From: Chloroflexota bacterium
GTDB lineage: Bacteria > Chloroflexota > Anaerolineae > DTLA01
DNA: 64,000 nucleotides
Assembly: GCA_014874485.1 (NCBI GenBank)
Contig: JADBJK010000055.1
Location: 10,243-74,242 of the forward strand
Direction: 5' to 3'
A program made the translations under genes and the position numbers. Positions 33,036-41,127 of the stretch are shown piece after piece (position 1 is the first letter of the stretch; the number at the start of each line of letters is the position of its first letter). A model generated the notes under the pieces. The model saw only the letters and a list, made by a program, of their open reading frames with translations. It did not search any database and had not been told where the DNA came from.

Positions 33036-34109
33036 GTGGCCAAGAAACGCAAGAAGAAACAGACACAGCAGACCCCTCGCCCTGCCCAGTCCGCCGCCAA
33101 GAAGGGCGAGGCGAAGCCGAAACCCAAGAAGAAAACCGCCCCCGGTGCCGGCATCAAGCGCTGGATCGCGCCCGTGGCGTTGGCGCTGGTCGTGGTCGCG
33201 GCGCTCATCACCGCCCAGGCGCTCATCCGCCGCAACGCCGCGCGGCCCACCGGCCCGTGGACCCTCACCATCCTGCACACCACCGACGTGGAGGGCTACT
33301 TAGACCCCTGCGGCTGACGCCCCCCCAAGGGGGGTGTGGCCCGTCGGGCCACCGTCATCAAGGACTACCGCGCCAAGACCCCGTACCTGCTCGTCCTGGA
33401 CGCAGGCGATGCGCTCTTTGGACAGCCGGTCTCTGACATCAGCCAGGGCAAGGCCCTTACCGAGGCGATGGGCCTCATGGGATACAACGCCATGGCCATC
33501 GGCGAGCGCGACCTGGCCCATTTCCCAGAACTCCTGGACCGCTCGCGCGAGGCCAAGTTCGCCTTCCTGTCGGCCAACCTGGTGTACGCCGACTCGGGCA
33601 AGCCGGTCTTCACGCCCTACATCGTGCAGGACGTGGGCGGGCGCAAGGTTGCCATCATCGGCCTGACCCCGGCCGACGATACGTTCAAGTCCTTCGTGCC
33701 GCCGTCAACGAACATCACGGCCAAGGACCCGGTTGAGACCGCCCGCGAGTACGTCGCCAAGGCCCACGCCGACAAGGTGGATGCCGTCGTCATCCTGTCG
33801 CACCTGGGCAACGTCATGGACCGCAAGATCGCCACCGAGGTGAACGGCATCACGGCCATCGTCGGGGGCCACTCCTACGACCTGCTGCAGGAGACGCTGC
33901 AACTCAACAACACCGTCATCGGCCAGGCGGGCTATGGCGGCGAGTGGCTCGGCGAAATCACCGTGGACTTTGACGCCGAAGGCAACGTTACGTCGGCGAA
34001 GGCCGGCGTGATCCCGCTCACCGAGGATTACGCCGACGACCCCGAACTGGCCGCGCTGGCCGCTCGGTACAATGCCGCGCTCCCGCCGACGCCCACCGTC
34101 CAGCCGTAG
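33036..34109 (+). CDS. UshA-like (5'-nucleotidase N-domain) selenoprotein with CGU motif; UGA at 33315-33317 read as Sec
   Basis: ORFs 33036-33317 and 33336-34109 are in one frame: LHTTDVEGYLDPCG-UGA-RPPKGGVARRAT...LDAGD; hairpin GTGGCCC-GTC-GGGCCAC at 33336-33352; next gene is yqeB. Confidence 0.85.
33318..33352 (+). promoter_or_regulatory. Putative bacterial SECIS element
   Basis: Stem-loop with a G-led apical loop about 26 nt after the UGA, preceded by a C-rich/G-rich hairpin (33318-33336). Confidence 0.6.
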
Positions 34110-34131
34110 TGCACGCGGGGAGGTGTCCGCA

Positions 34132-34941
34132 ATGGCCGTGCTGGGCAAGACGATTACCGTCGTCGTGAAAGGGGGCGGCGACCTGGCTTCGGGCGTCGCC
34201 TGGCGGCTGTGGAATTGCGGGTTCCGGGTGGTGGTTACCGAAATCCCCGCCCCCACCGTCATCCGCCGCAAGGTGGCCTTCGCCACGGCCGTGTGGGAAG
34301 GCGAGACGACCGTGGGCGGCGTGCGGGCGCGCAAGGTAGAGGGCGCGGAGGGCGTTCGGGCCGCCTGGGCCGAGGGCGTTCTCCCCGTCGTCGTAGACCC
34401 CGAAGCCGCCATCATCCGCGAACTGCGCCCGGACGTGGTGGTGGACGCCATCCTGGCCAAGCGTAACCTGGGCACGCATATCACCGACGCGCCCCTGGTC
34501 ATCGGGCTGGGGCCGGGGTTCACCGCCGGCGAGGATGTCCACGCGGTCATAGAGACGATGCGAGGCCACACCCTGGGGCGCGTGATCTGGCAGGGCCAGG
34601 CTCTGCCCAACACGGGAATCCCCGGCGAGGTGGGCGGCCACGCCGAGTTGCGGGTGGTGCGCGCGCCTTGCGCGGGGGTGTTCCGCGGCGTGCGCGAAAT
34701 CGGCGACATGGTGGACGAGGGCGACATCGTCGCCTATGTGGACGCCGAGCCGGTGCGCGTGCGATTGAAGGGCGTCCTGCGCGGGTTGCTCCACGATGGG
34801 CTGACCGTGCACGCCAACATGAAGGTGGGCGACGTGGACCCGCGCGCCGAGCGCGAGCACTGCTTCACCATCTCGGACAAGGCGCTGGCCATCGCGGGCG
34901 GCGTGCTGGAGGCCATCCTTCACGCCATGCGCGCGGGCTAG
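34132..34941 (+). CDS. yqeB: Selenium-dependent molybdenum hydroxylase system protein YqeB
   Basis: KGGGDLASGVA.RL, IRRKVAF, DAILAKRNLGT, GLGPGF, ETMRGH.LG, KVGDVDPR, ISDKA.AIAGGVLEA. Confidence 0.9.
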   Translation: MAVLGKTITVVVKGGGDLASGVAWRLWNCGFRVVVTEIPAPTVIRRKVAFATAVWEGETTVGGVRARKVEGAEGVRAAWAEGVLPVVVDPEAAIIRELRPDVVVDAILAKRNLGTHITDAPLVIGLGPGFTAGEDVHAVIETMRGHTLGRVIWQGQALPNTGIPGEVGGHAELRVVRAPCAGVFRGVREIGDMVDEGDIVAYVDAEPVRVRLKGVLRGLLHDGLTVHANMKVGDVDPRAEREHCFTISDKALAIAGGVLEAILHAMRAG

Positions 34942-34954
34942 TGCCAACTGGGCA

Positions 34955-35481
34955 CGGATGCTTTGCCGCAGGGATTCTTGATGGGTTGTCATTGCGAGGG
35001 GCGAAGCCCCGAAGCAATCTCCGAACGTGAGATTGCTTCGCTTCGCTCGCAATGACAGATAAGGTGTCTTTGCGAGGGGCGAAGCCCCGAAGCAATCTCC
35101 GAACGTGAGATTGCTTCGCTTCGCTCGCAATGACAGATAAGGTGTCTTTGCGAGGGGCGAAGCCCCGAAGCAATCTCCGAACGTGAGATTGCTTCGCTTC
35201 GCTCGCAATGACAGATAAGGTGTCTTTGCGAGGGGCGAAGCCCCGAAGCAATCTCCGAACGTGAGATTGCTTCGCTTCGCTCGCAATGACAGATAAGGTG
35301 TCTTTGCGAGGGGCGAAGCCCCGAAGCAATCCCACGGGATGCGAGATTGCTTCGCTTCGCTCGCAATGACAGATAAGGTGTCTTTGCGAGGGGCGAAGCC
35401 CCGAAGCAATCCCACGGGATGCGAGATTGCTTCGCTTCGCTCGCAATGACAGATGGCAATGCTCTCCGCAGTCAACCACGG
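34955..35481. repeat. Six tandem palindromic units (78/80 bp) inside an A/B shell
   Basis: Units start at 34987, 35065, 35143, 35221, 35299 and 35379; loop TCCGAACGTGA in four copies and CCACGGGATGCGA in two. Confidence 0.93.
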
Positions 35482-35494
35482 GCCGGGCACGCCG

Positions 35495-36280
35495 CTACAG
35501 GTACAATTCCGGGCGCTGCCCCTGGCCGACGGGCAGTTTTCGCCGCGCCTCGGCCACGTCGGCCAGATCCACGTCGGCGCACAGGATTTGCTCCGCGGTG
35601 CCCGCCTCGGCGATGCGCTCGCCCCAGGGCGACGCCACCACCGACAGCCCCGCCAACGGCTCGCCGCAGCATAGGCCCACCCCGTTGGCCCCCACGAGGA
35701 ACGCCAGGCTCTGCAACGCCGTCGCCACCGTGAGGATGCGCCAGTGCTCCGCCCGCGCCTGCGGCCACTGCGCCGCGACCAGCAGCACCTCCGCGCCGAG
35801 GGCCGCCATGCGCTGGAACAGGCCGGGGAATCGCAGGTCGTAGCAGATGGCCAGGCCGATGCGCCCGATGTCCGTCGGCACGACCACAACATCGCCGCCA
35901 GGGGTGAAGTAGTCCGGTTCGCGCAGCAGGGGGATCAGGTGCGCCTTGCGGTAGCGGGCCAGCAGGTTCCGACCAGGCCCTGCCAGCGCCAGCGTGTTGT
36001 AGAACCGGTCGCCGTCGCGCTCGGCCAGGCCCCAGGCCACGTGGGCGCGGTAGCGGGCGGCCAGGCCCGCCATCGCCGCGGTCGTCTCGCCATCCAGCGG
36101 CTCGGCCAGCGTGTCCAAGCGAGGCAGGTCGTAGCCGCAGGCGGCCAGTTCCGGGAGCAGCACCAGTTGCGCGCCGTCATCCAGCGCGCGCCGGGCCAGG
36201 TCGGCCATGCGGCGGCGGTTGGCGGCAGGGTCGCCCGCGGCGATGTGCATTTGGATTGCGGCCACGCGGACCTTGGGCAT
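35495..36280 (-). CDS. Carbon-nitrogen hydrolase (nitrilase superfamily, omega-amidase-like)
   Basis: Catalytic E-K-C triad in LPEL, YRKAHL, ICYDLRFP; AQWP..R..HW. Confidence 0.9.
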   Translation of the reverse strand: MPKVRVAAIQMHIAAGDPAANRRRMADLARRALDDGAQLVLLPELAACGYDLPRLDTLAEPLDGETTAAMAGLAARYRAHVAWGLAERDGDRFYNTLALAGPGRNLLARYRKAHLIPLLREPDYFTPGGDVVVVPTDIGRIGLAICYDLRFPGLFQRMAALGAEVLLVAAQWPQARAEHWRILTVATALQSLAFLVGANGVGLCCGEPLAGLSVVASPWGERIAEAGTAEQILCADVDLADVAEARRKLPVGQGQRPELYL

Positions 36281-36328
36281 TCTGGAATCCTCTCCAAGAT
36301 AGGCCGGTTACAAAACCCGTCTTTGCGT

Positions 36329-36613
36329 GTAGGGGCGGCCTGGCAGGCCACCCCTACTGCTTGGCCATAGAGAAAATTGCCAGTTGTCATTACGAGCGAA
36401 GCCAAGCCATCCAGTCGGCCCACGTGCGACGCACCTCGGAGGTGCGTCGCACGTGCCTTCTCACGTCATGCTGAGCAAAGCGACGCATCTCGGTTGGCGA
36501 GATTCTTCGGCGCCCCACGCCTCAGCCCGTAGGGACAATTCATGAATTGTCCCTACGGGCGCTCCGCGCCCTCGCAATGACACACCGTCAAGACTCCCTG
36601 TGGTAGAGTACTA
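36329..36613. mobile_element. GTAG-REP plus composite repeat element (B...A shell, reverse orientation)
   Basis: GTAGGGGCGGCC..GGCCACCCCTAC; modules GCGACGCACCTCGGAGGTGCGTCGC and GTAGGGACAATTCATGAATTGTCCCTAC; ends CTGTGGTAGAGTACTA. Confidence 0.65.
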
Positions 36614-36623
36614 CACGGATGCT

Positions 36624-38099
36624 CTACGGCGCGTAGCGGAACGGATGGCGCGCCGAATGCTTCTCGGCAACCAGTTCCTCAAACGTCGGCCGGCCTTCCA
36701 GCGCCTTGCGGACTGCTGCTTTCATCGCCTTGAAGTTGTTGATGCGCACCCGCCATCGGTTGCTGGCCCCCGGATGCACGAACACGTTGGCGATGAGCAC
36801 GATGTCGTCCAGCAGCGCCGGCGGCAGCGTGCCATCCTTGACCAGCGCCTCCAGCGCCATGACCACGCCGCCCGCCGCGTGCTCGTACACGTTCTCGGCC
36901 TGGCGCTTGGTGCGCACCGTTACCGTCGGCACCAGCAGCGTCTTCGGGCGGTCAAAGATGATGCGGAGTTCGTGGCCCGGACGCGGCTCGGCCAGCGCCC
37001 GCTCTATGGCCTTGCCCACCGGGCCGTCCTTGCGGCCGATGAGCAGGTCAATGTGGGCCAGTTCCGAGAAGGGCGGGCCGGCGAACCCCTCGCCCACCAG
37101 GAGCGTCATGTCCCGCACCTCACTGGGTGCGGCGGGCGGCTTGGGGAACTGGCTCGTCGCCGTCGGGCCGCCCGGGTACAGGTGGTAGGTCATGGGGCGC
37201 GGCGGAATCTTGCCCAACTCCTCCAGCACGCCGCGCACCTCTTCGTAATCCTCGCGGCGGAAGGCGTCGCCCTTCATCATCGGGTGGCGCGAATCGCCGA
37301 TGGGAAGCCCCAGCAGTTGCAGCGCCTCCTTGACCGCCTGGGTCGGCCCCTGCCGCGCCAAGATGCGGACGAACCGCTGGATGCGCGCCATCAGGGTCTG
37401 CGCCGTCGCCAGGTCGCCCGACAGGACGGCCTTGTAGATGGTCTGCCACACGTCCGGGATGACGTTGGCGCTGGCCAAGATCGCGCCGTCGGCTCCCATC
37501 GCCAGCGCGGCGGGCACGATTTCGTCGTGGCCAGTGAAGATGCCGATCTTGCCGCGCACCTTCTCAAACACCGCCATCAGGTAGGGCATGTCGCCGCTGG
37601 AGTCCTTGATGCCCACGACGTTCTCCAGATAGGCCATGCCCTCGGTCGTCCACCACTGGTAGTGCGTCCCCGCGCACTGGGGGATGTTGTACAGGATGAG
37701 CGGCACGCCCAGTTTGTTCAGCGCGTCGTAGTGATCGTACACCTCGTTAAACGACGGCTTGAGGTAATAGGGCGCGGCGACCAGAGCGGCCGTAACGCCC
37801 GCGTCCCTGGCCCACGCCGTCATCTTGACCGTCTCGCGGGTGGACGGGTAGGCCGTGCCCGCCACGACCGGCACGCGCCCGTTGACCTCATCCAGGGCGA
37901 TCTCAATGGCCCGCTTGCGCTCGTCTTCCAGCATGTACACGAATTCGCCCGTCGTGCCGCAGGGGACGATGCCATTGACATGGGGCAGGACGTAGCGGAT
38001 GAGTTCGCGGTAGGCGGCCTCATCCACCCGGTCGTCCTTGGTGAAGGGCGTTACCAGGGCAGGGAAGATTCCTTTGAACCAATCGGGTTTCTTTGACAT
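36624..38099 (-). CDS. DapA/NAL-family class I aldolase fused to a C-terminal Fae-like domain (protein B)
   Basis: N-terminal PALVTPF, GTTGE, YNIP, GIKDSSG; C-terminal VGEG..ELAHIDLLIG.KDGPVG, VFVHP, NN.KA.K.A..KALEG.P, RHPF. Confidence 0.88.
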   Translation of the reverse strand: MSKKPDWFKGIFPALVTPFTKDDRVDEAAYRELIRYVLPHVNGIVPCGTTGEFVYMLEDERKRAIEIALDEVNGRVPVVAGTAYPSTRETVKMTAWARDAGVTAALVAAPYYLKPSFNEVYDHYDALNKLGVPLILYNIPQCAGTHYQWWTTEGMAYLENVVGIKDSSGDMPYLMAVFEKVRGKIGIFTGHDEIVPAALAMGADGAILASANVIPDVWQTIYKAVLSGDLATAQTLMARIQRFVRILARQGPTQAVKEALQLLGLPIGDSRHPMMKGDAFRREDYEEVRGVLEELGKIPPRPMTYHLYPGGPTATSQFPKPPAAPSEVRDMTLLVGEGFAGPPFSELAHIDLLIGRKDGPVGKAIERALAEPRPGHELRIIFDRPKTLLVPTVTVRTKRQAENVYEHAAGGVVMALEALVKDGTLPPALLDDIVLIANVFVHPGASNRWRVRINNFKAMKAAVRKALEGRPTFEELVAEKHSARHPFRYAP

Positions 38100-38115
38100 G
38101 GGTCTCTCCTTTGCC

Positions 38116-39537
38116 CTACGCGCCGAACGCCTGGCGGATGGCGGCGTTCGTTGCGGCCAGCACCGCATGATACAGGGCGTGGCGATCCAGGGCCTTGGGG
38201 TGTACGCTGGCCTGCACCAGCATCACGTGCGTGTCCATGGCCGACTTGGGAATCGTGCCGTCTTCCAGCGCGTCCACGATGGCGCGGGCCACCGCCGCCT
38301 GCGTGGGGCCGTAGATCATGTTGGCCTGGCGCAGGTTCCGCAGTTCCGCCGTCGGGACGATGAGCGTGGACGGGCGCACGGTGAGGTTCGGCTCCAGGAT
38401 GGTGGTCAGCGCCTCGTAGCCGTGGCGCGGGTAGGTGAGTTGCAGCGCGAACGCCTCGCCCACAAGGCCGTCCTTCGGCCCCGCGACCAGGTCTATCTGC
38501 ACGTTCTCCGGCTCCACGCCCGCCGTGCCGGTCCCCACACGCAGCGAGGCGGCCTTCACCTGTTCGGCTGAGATGCCCAGCGCGGCGAACCGCCCGGCCA
38601 GGGGGCCGTCGGGCGGCGCGTAGGCGCTGTCGTCGGGGGCCACCTTGCCCAGGCGCTCCAGTTCCAACTGGATCTCGGCGCGGTCCTCGTGGGTCAGGCT
38701 GCCGCCGACTTTGAGCGGACGCCGCGCCTGCCCCACCGGAATCCCCATCATGTTCAGCGCCTGCTTGACGGCCAGGCCGCCGCCGTAGCGGCAGAAGATG
38801 CGCGACAGTTTCTGGACGCTACGCTGGAGCGCGCGGGCTTCCTCTATGCGGCCCTCCTGCACGGCGGCATAGACCTGCTGCCACACTTCGGGGTACACGT
38901 TGGCGCTGGCCAGAATCATGCCGGTGCAGCCCCCCGCCAGCGCCGGCAGCACCACCTCGTCGTGGCCGACGAACACGTCAATCCGCCCCTGCACCATCTC
39001 CAGAATCTCCATGGTGTAGGTGAGATTCCCCGACGAGTCCTTGATGCCCACGATGTTGGGGATGTCCGACAGGTCTTCCACCACGTTGCGCGGCAGGTAG
39101 GCATCCACCACCTGCGGGATGTTGTACAGCAGGATGGGGATGTCCACCGCCATCGCCACGTCGTAGAAGTGCTGATAGATGCCCTTGTCGGACGGGTGCA
39201 GAAAGAACGGGGTAACCACCAGGCAGGCGTTGGCCCCGGCTTCCTTCGCGTTGCGGGCCAGGAGGATGGTCTCCTTCGTCCCGGCAGCGCCCGTGCCGGC
39301 GATGATGGGCTTGCGCCCTGCCACCTCATCCACGACGATGGAGATGACGCGCTTTTGCTCATCGGGGGTCATGTACGGGAACTCGCCGGTCGTCCCGCAG
39401 GGCACGAACCCGTCCACATGGGGCAGCAGGTGGCGCACCAGCGCGCGCAGCGCCGGCTCGTCCACCTCCTCATCTTTGGTGAAAGGCGTTACCAACGCGG
39501 GGAAGACGCCCCGCAACCACGGCAGTTTTGCAGGCAT
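38116..39537 (-). CDS. DapA/NAL-family class I aldolase fused to a C-terminal Fae-like domain (protein A)
   Basis: N-terminal PALVTPF, GTTGE, YNIP, GIKDSSG; C-terminal QIDLVAGPKDG.VGEAF, EPNLTVRPSTLIVP, RQANMIYGPTQAAVARA..DA...G.IP, VHP.A. Confidence 0.88.
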   Translation of the reverse strand: MPAKLPWLRGVFPALVTPFTKDEEVDEPALRALVRHLLPHVDGFVPCGTTGEFPYMTPDEQKRVISIVVDEVAGRKPIIAGTGAAGTKETILLARNAKEAGANACLVVTPFFLHPSDKGIYQHFYDVAMAVDIPILLYNIPQVVDAYLPRNVVEDLSDIPNIVGIKDSSGNLTYTMEILEMVQGRIDVFVGHDEVVLPALAGGCTGMILASANVYPEVWQQVYAAVQEGRIEEARALQRSVQKLSRIFCRYGGGLAVKQALNMMGIPVGQARRPLKVGGSLTHEDRAEIQLELERLGKVAPDDSAYAPPDGPLAGRFAALGISAEQVKAASLRVGTGTAGVEPENVQIDLVAGPKDGLVGEAFALQLTYPRHGYEALTTILEPNLTVRPSTLIVPTAELRNLRQANMIYGPTQAAVARAIVDALEDGTIPKSAMDTHVMLVQASVHPKALDRHALYHAVLAATNAAIRQAFGA

Positions 39538-39642
39538 TCGGGAACCTCCGATGCAAAATCTCGCGGGGCGCGCAGGGGATACCGCAGACCGCCGTCCGGC
39601 GACCCGGGCGCCCCGCACGCCACCGCGAACGATGCGAGTTGG

Positions 39643-40593
39643 CTACGGCTTCGGGATAGCCAGGCCCTTGCAGCCCTGCTTGGAGAGGATGAGGTCGGGC
39701 TGGTTCTCCTGAATCAGGGTGTGGATGATCTCGGCGTACTTCACCTTCTCGCGGGCGAAGTCGGCCAGGGCCTGGGGGCTGGTCCACGGCTTGTACAGCG
39801 CCCCCGGCCCGGCAGCGCAGGCGGGCCCAGGCTCAATCTTGAAGTAGCAGGGCGCGCAGACCCGCGCCATCTCGGCCCCGTCGTAGAAGCGGTTGTACCC
39901 ACCGAAGGACTCCGCCAGGTAGATGTGCAGGTCCATGGGGATGTCCACGGCCTGGCGGATGGAGGCCAGTTGCGGCAGGCTCAGGTCGCCCACGGGGTTG
40001 AAGGTGCCCGCGCCCAGCGACTGGAGCACCTTGCCGCCCGCCGCCGAGGCGTGCCCCGCGTAGATGGAGACCTTGAACGTTACGTCATCGGGAATCTCGC
40101 CCGCCTTGCGGAGTTCGTTCAGGAGCCACAGGAGGCCCTCGTCAATCACCAGGAAGCCGCGGAAGCCGATCTCAATGCACGTGAGGATGTCGGTGATGAC
40201 GTAGCGGAGTTGGTCGGAGCCGCGGAAGCGGAGGCCCGACAGGCCACCTTCGGGGGTAACGACTTGCCGCCCCACGTCCCACGCGGCGCGCGGCCCGGGC
40301 GTCAGGATGACTTCCAGCCTGTTCTCGGCGGCGATCTGGGCGAAGTCGCGCAGTTCCGCCCGGTCCAGGAGCGTGGCGCCCATGACTACGGAGATGACGC
40401 GGTGGATGGGGATCTTGCGCCGGTTCATCTCATCAACAAGCGCCTCCAACACGTTGGGCCGCTCCACGCCCGAGATTTCCATGCGGTAGTGGGCGCCATC
40501 GGGGAAGCGCTTGGGGCTGGATGGGAGGTCGTAGGCGTCCCGGCCGGGGATGCCCACCTTCTCCATCATCTTGGCGACGCGATCCATATTCAT
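39643..40593 (-). CDS. Uncharacterised TIM-barrel-like protein (family often annotated 'U32 peptidase')
   Basis: LPSS.KRFPDGA.YR.EI, GPRAAWDVG, G.RGFL..DEG.L, D.P.D...E..GG..R.Y; family assignment is from memory. Confidence 0.6.
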   Translation of the reverse strand: MNMDRVAKMMEKVGIPGRDAYDLPSSPKRFPDGAHYRMEISGVERPNVLEALVDEMNRRKIPIHRVISVVMGATLLDRAELRDFAQIAAENRLEVILTPGPRAAWDVGRQVVTPEGGLSGLRFRGSDQLRYVITDILTCIEIGFRGFLVIDEGLLWLLNELRKAGEIPDDVTFKVSIYAGHASAAGGKVLQSLGAGTFNPVGDLSLPQLASIRQAVDIPMDLHIYLAESFGGYNRFYDGAEMARVCAPCYFKIEPGPACAAGPGALYKPWTSPQALADFAREKVKYAEIIHTLIQENQPDLILSKQGCKGLAIPKP

Positions 40594-40747
40594 TTGTCAA
40601 CCCTCCTTCGCAATATTCACTGGCCTCTTTGCCGCAAATTCCCGCGGAGGTAAGGACAACCACACCGTTCCGCCCGCAGTATACCATGCGGGGCGAGGGG
40701 TGTCAATCTGGGGCGAGGCGGTTCGGCGCGTCCTCCGGCGGCGGAAT

Positions 40748-41124
40748 TCACCGCAGAGACGCAGAGAACACAGAGGGTAGAGATTGAACTTGAGTTCTCC
40801 GCGCTCTCTGCGCTCTCTGTGGTGCGGTACGGATTTCACCGCGGGGAGCGCGGCGGATTTGGAACACGAAAGCCGCGAAAGGACACGAAAAGGCGCGAAA
40901 ACCTTTCGTGCCTTTCGTGCGGTTTCGTGCCCTCCGTGCTCCGATCTCCGCGCGCTCTGCGTTCTCTGCGGTGCGGTACAGATTTCACCGCGGGGAGCGC
41001 GGCGGATTTGGAACACGAAAGCCGCGAAAGGACACGAAAAGGCGCGAAAACCTTTCGTGCCTTTCGTGCGGTTTCGTGCCCTCCGTGCTCCGATCTCCGC
41101 GCTCTCTGCGCTCTCTGCGGTGAA
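40748..41124. repeat. TTCACCGCAGAG-family hairpins plus a 149-bp tandem duplication of a nested hairpin
   Basis: 40832-40980 repeated at 40981-41122; inner CACGAAA/TTTCGTG arms sit inside outer TTCACCGC/GCGGTG arms. Confidence 0.9.
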
Positions 41125-41127
41125 GTA

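Noticed and set aside
36624..39537. Calling the two aldolases dapA
   Set aside because: They lack the DapA-specific Arg after YNxP, carry Fae fusions, and have no lysine-pathway neighbours.
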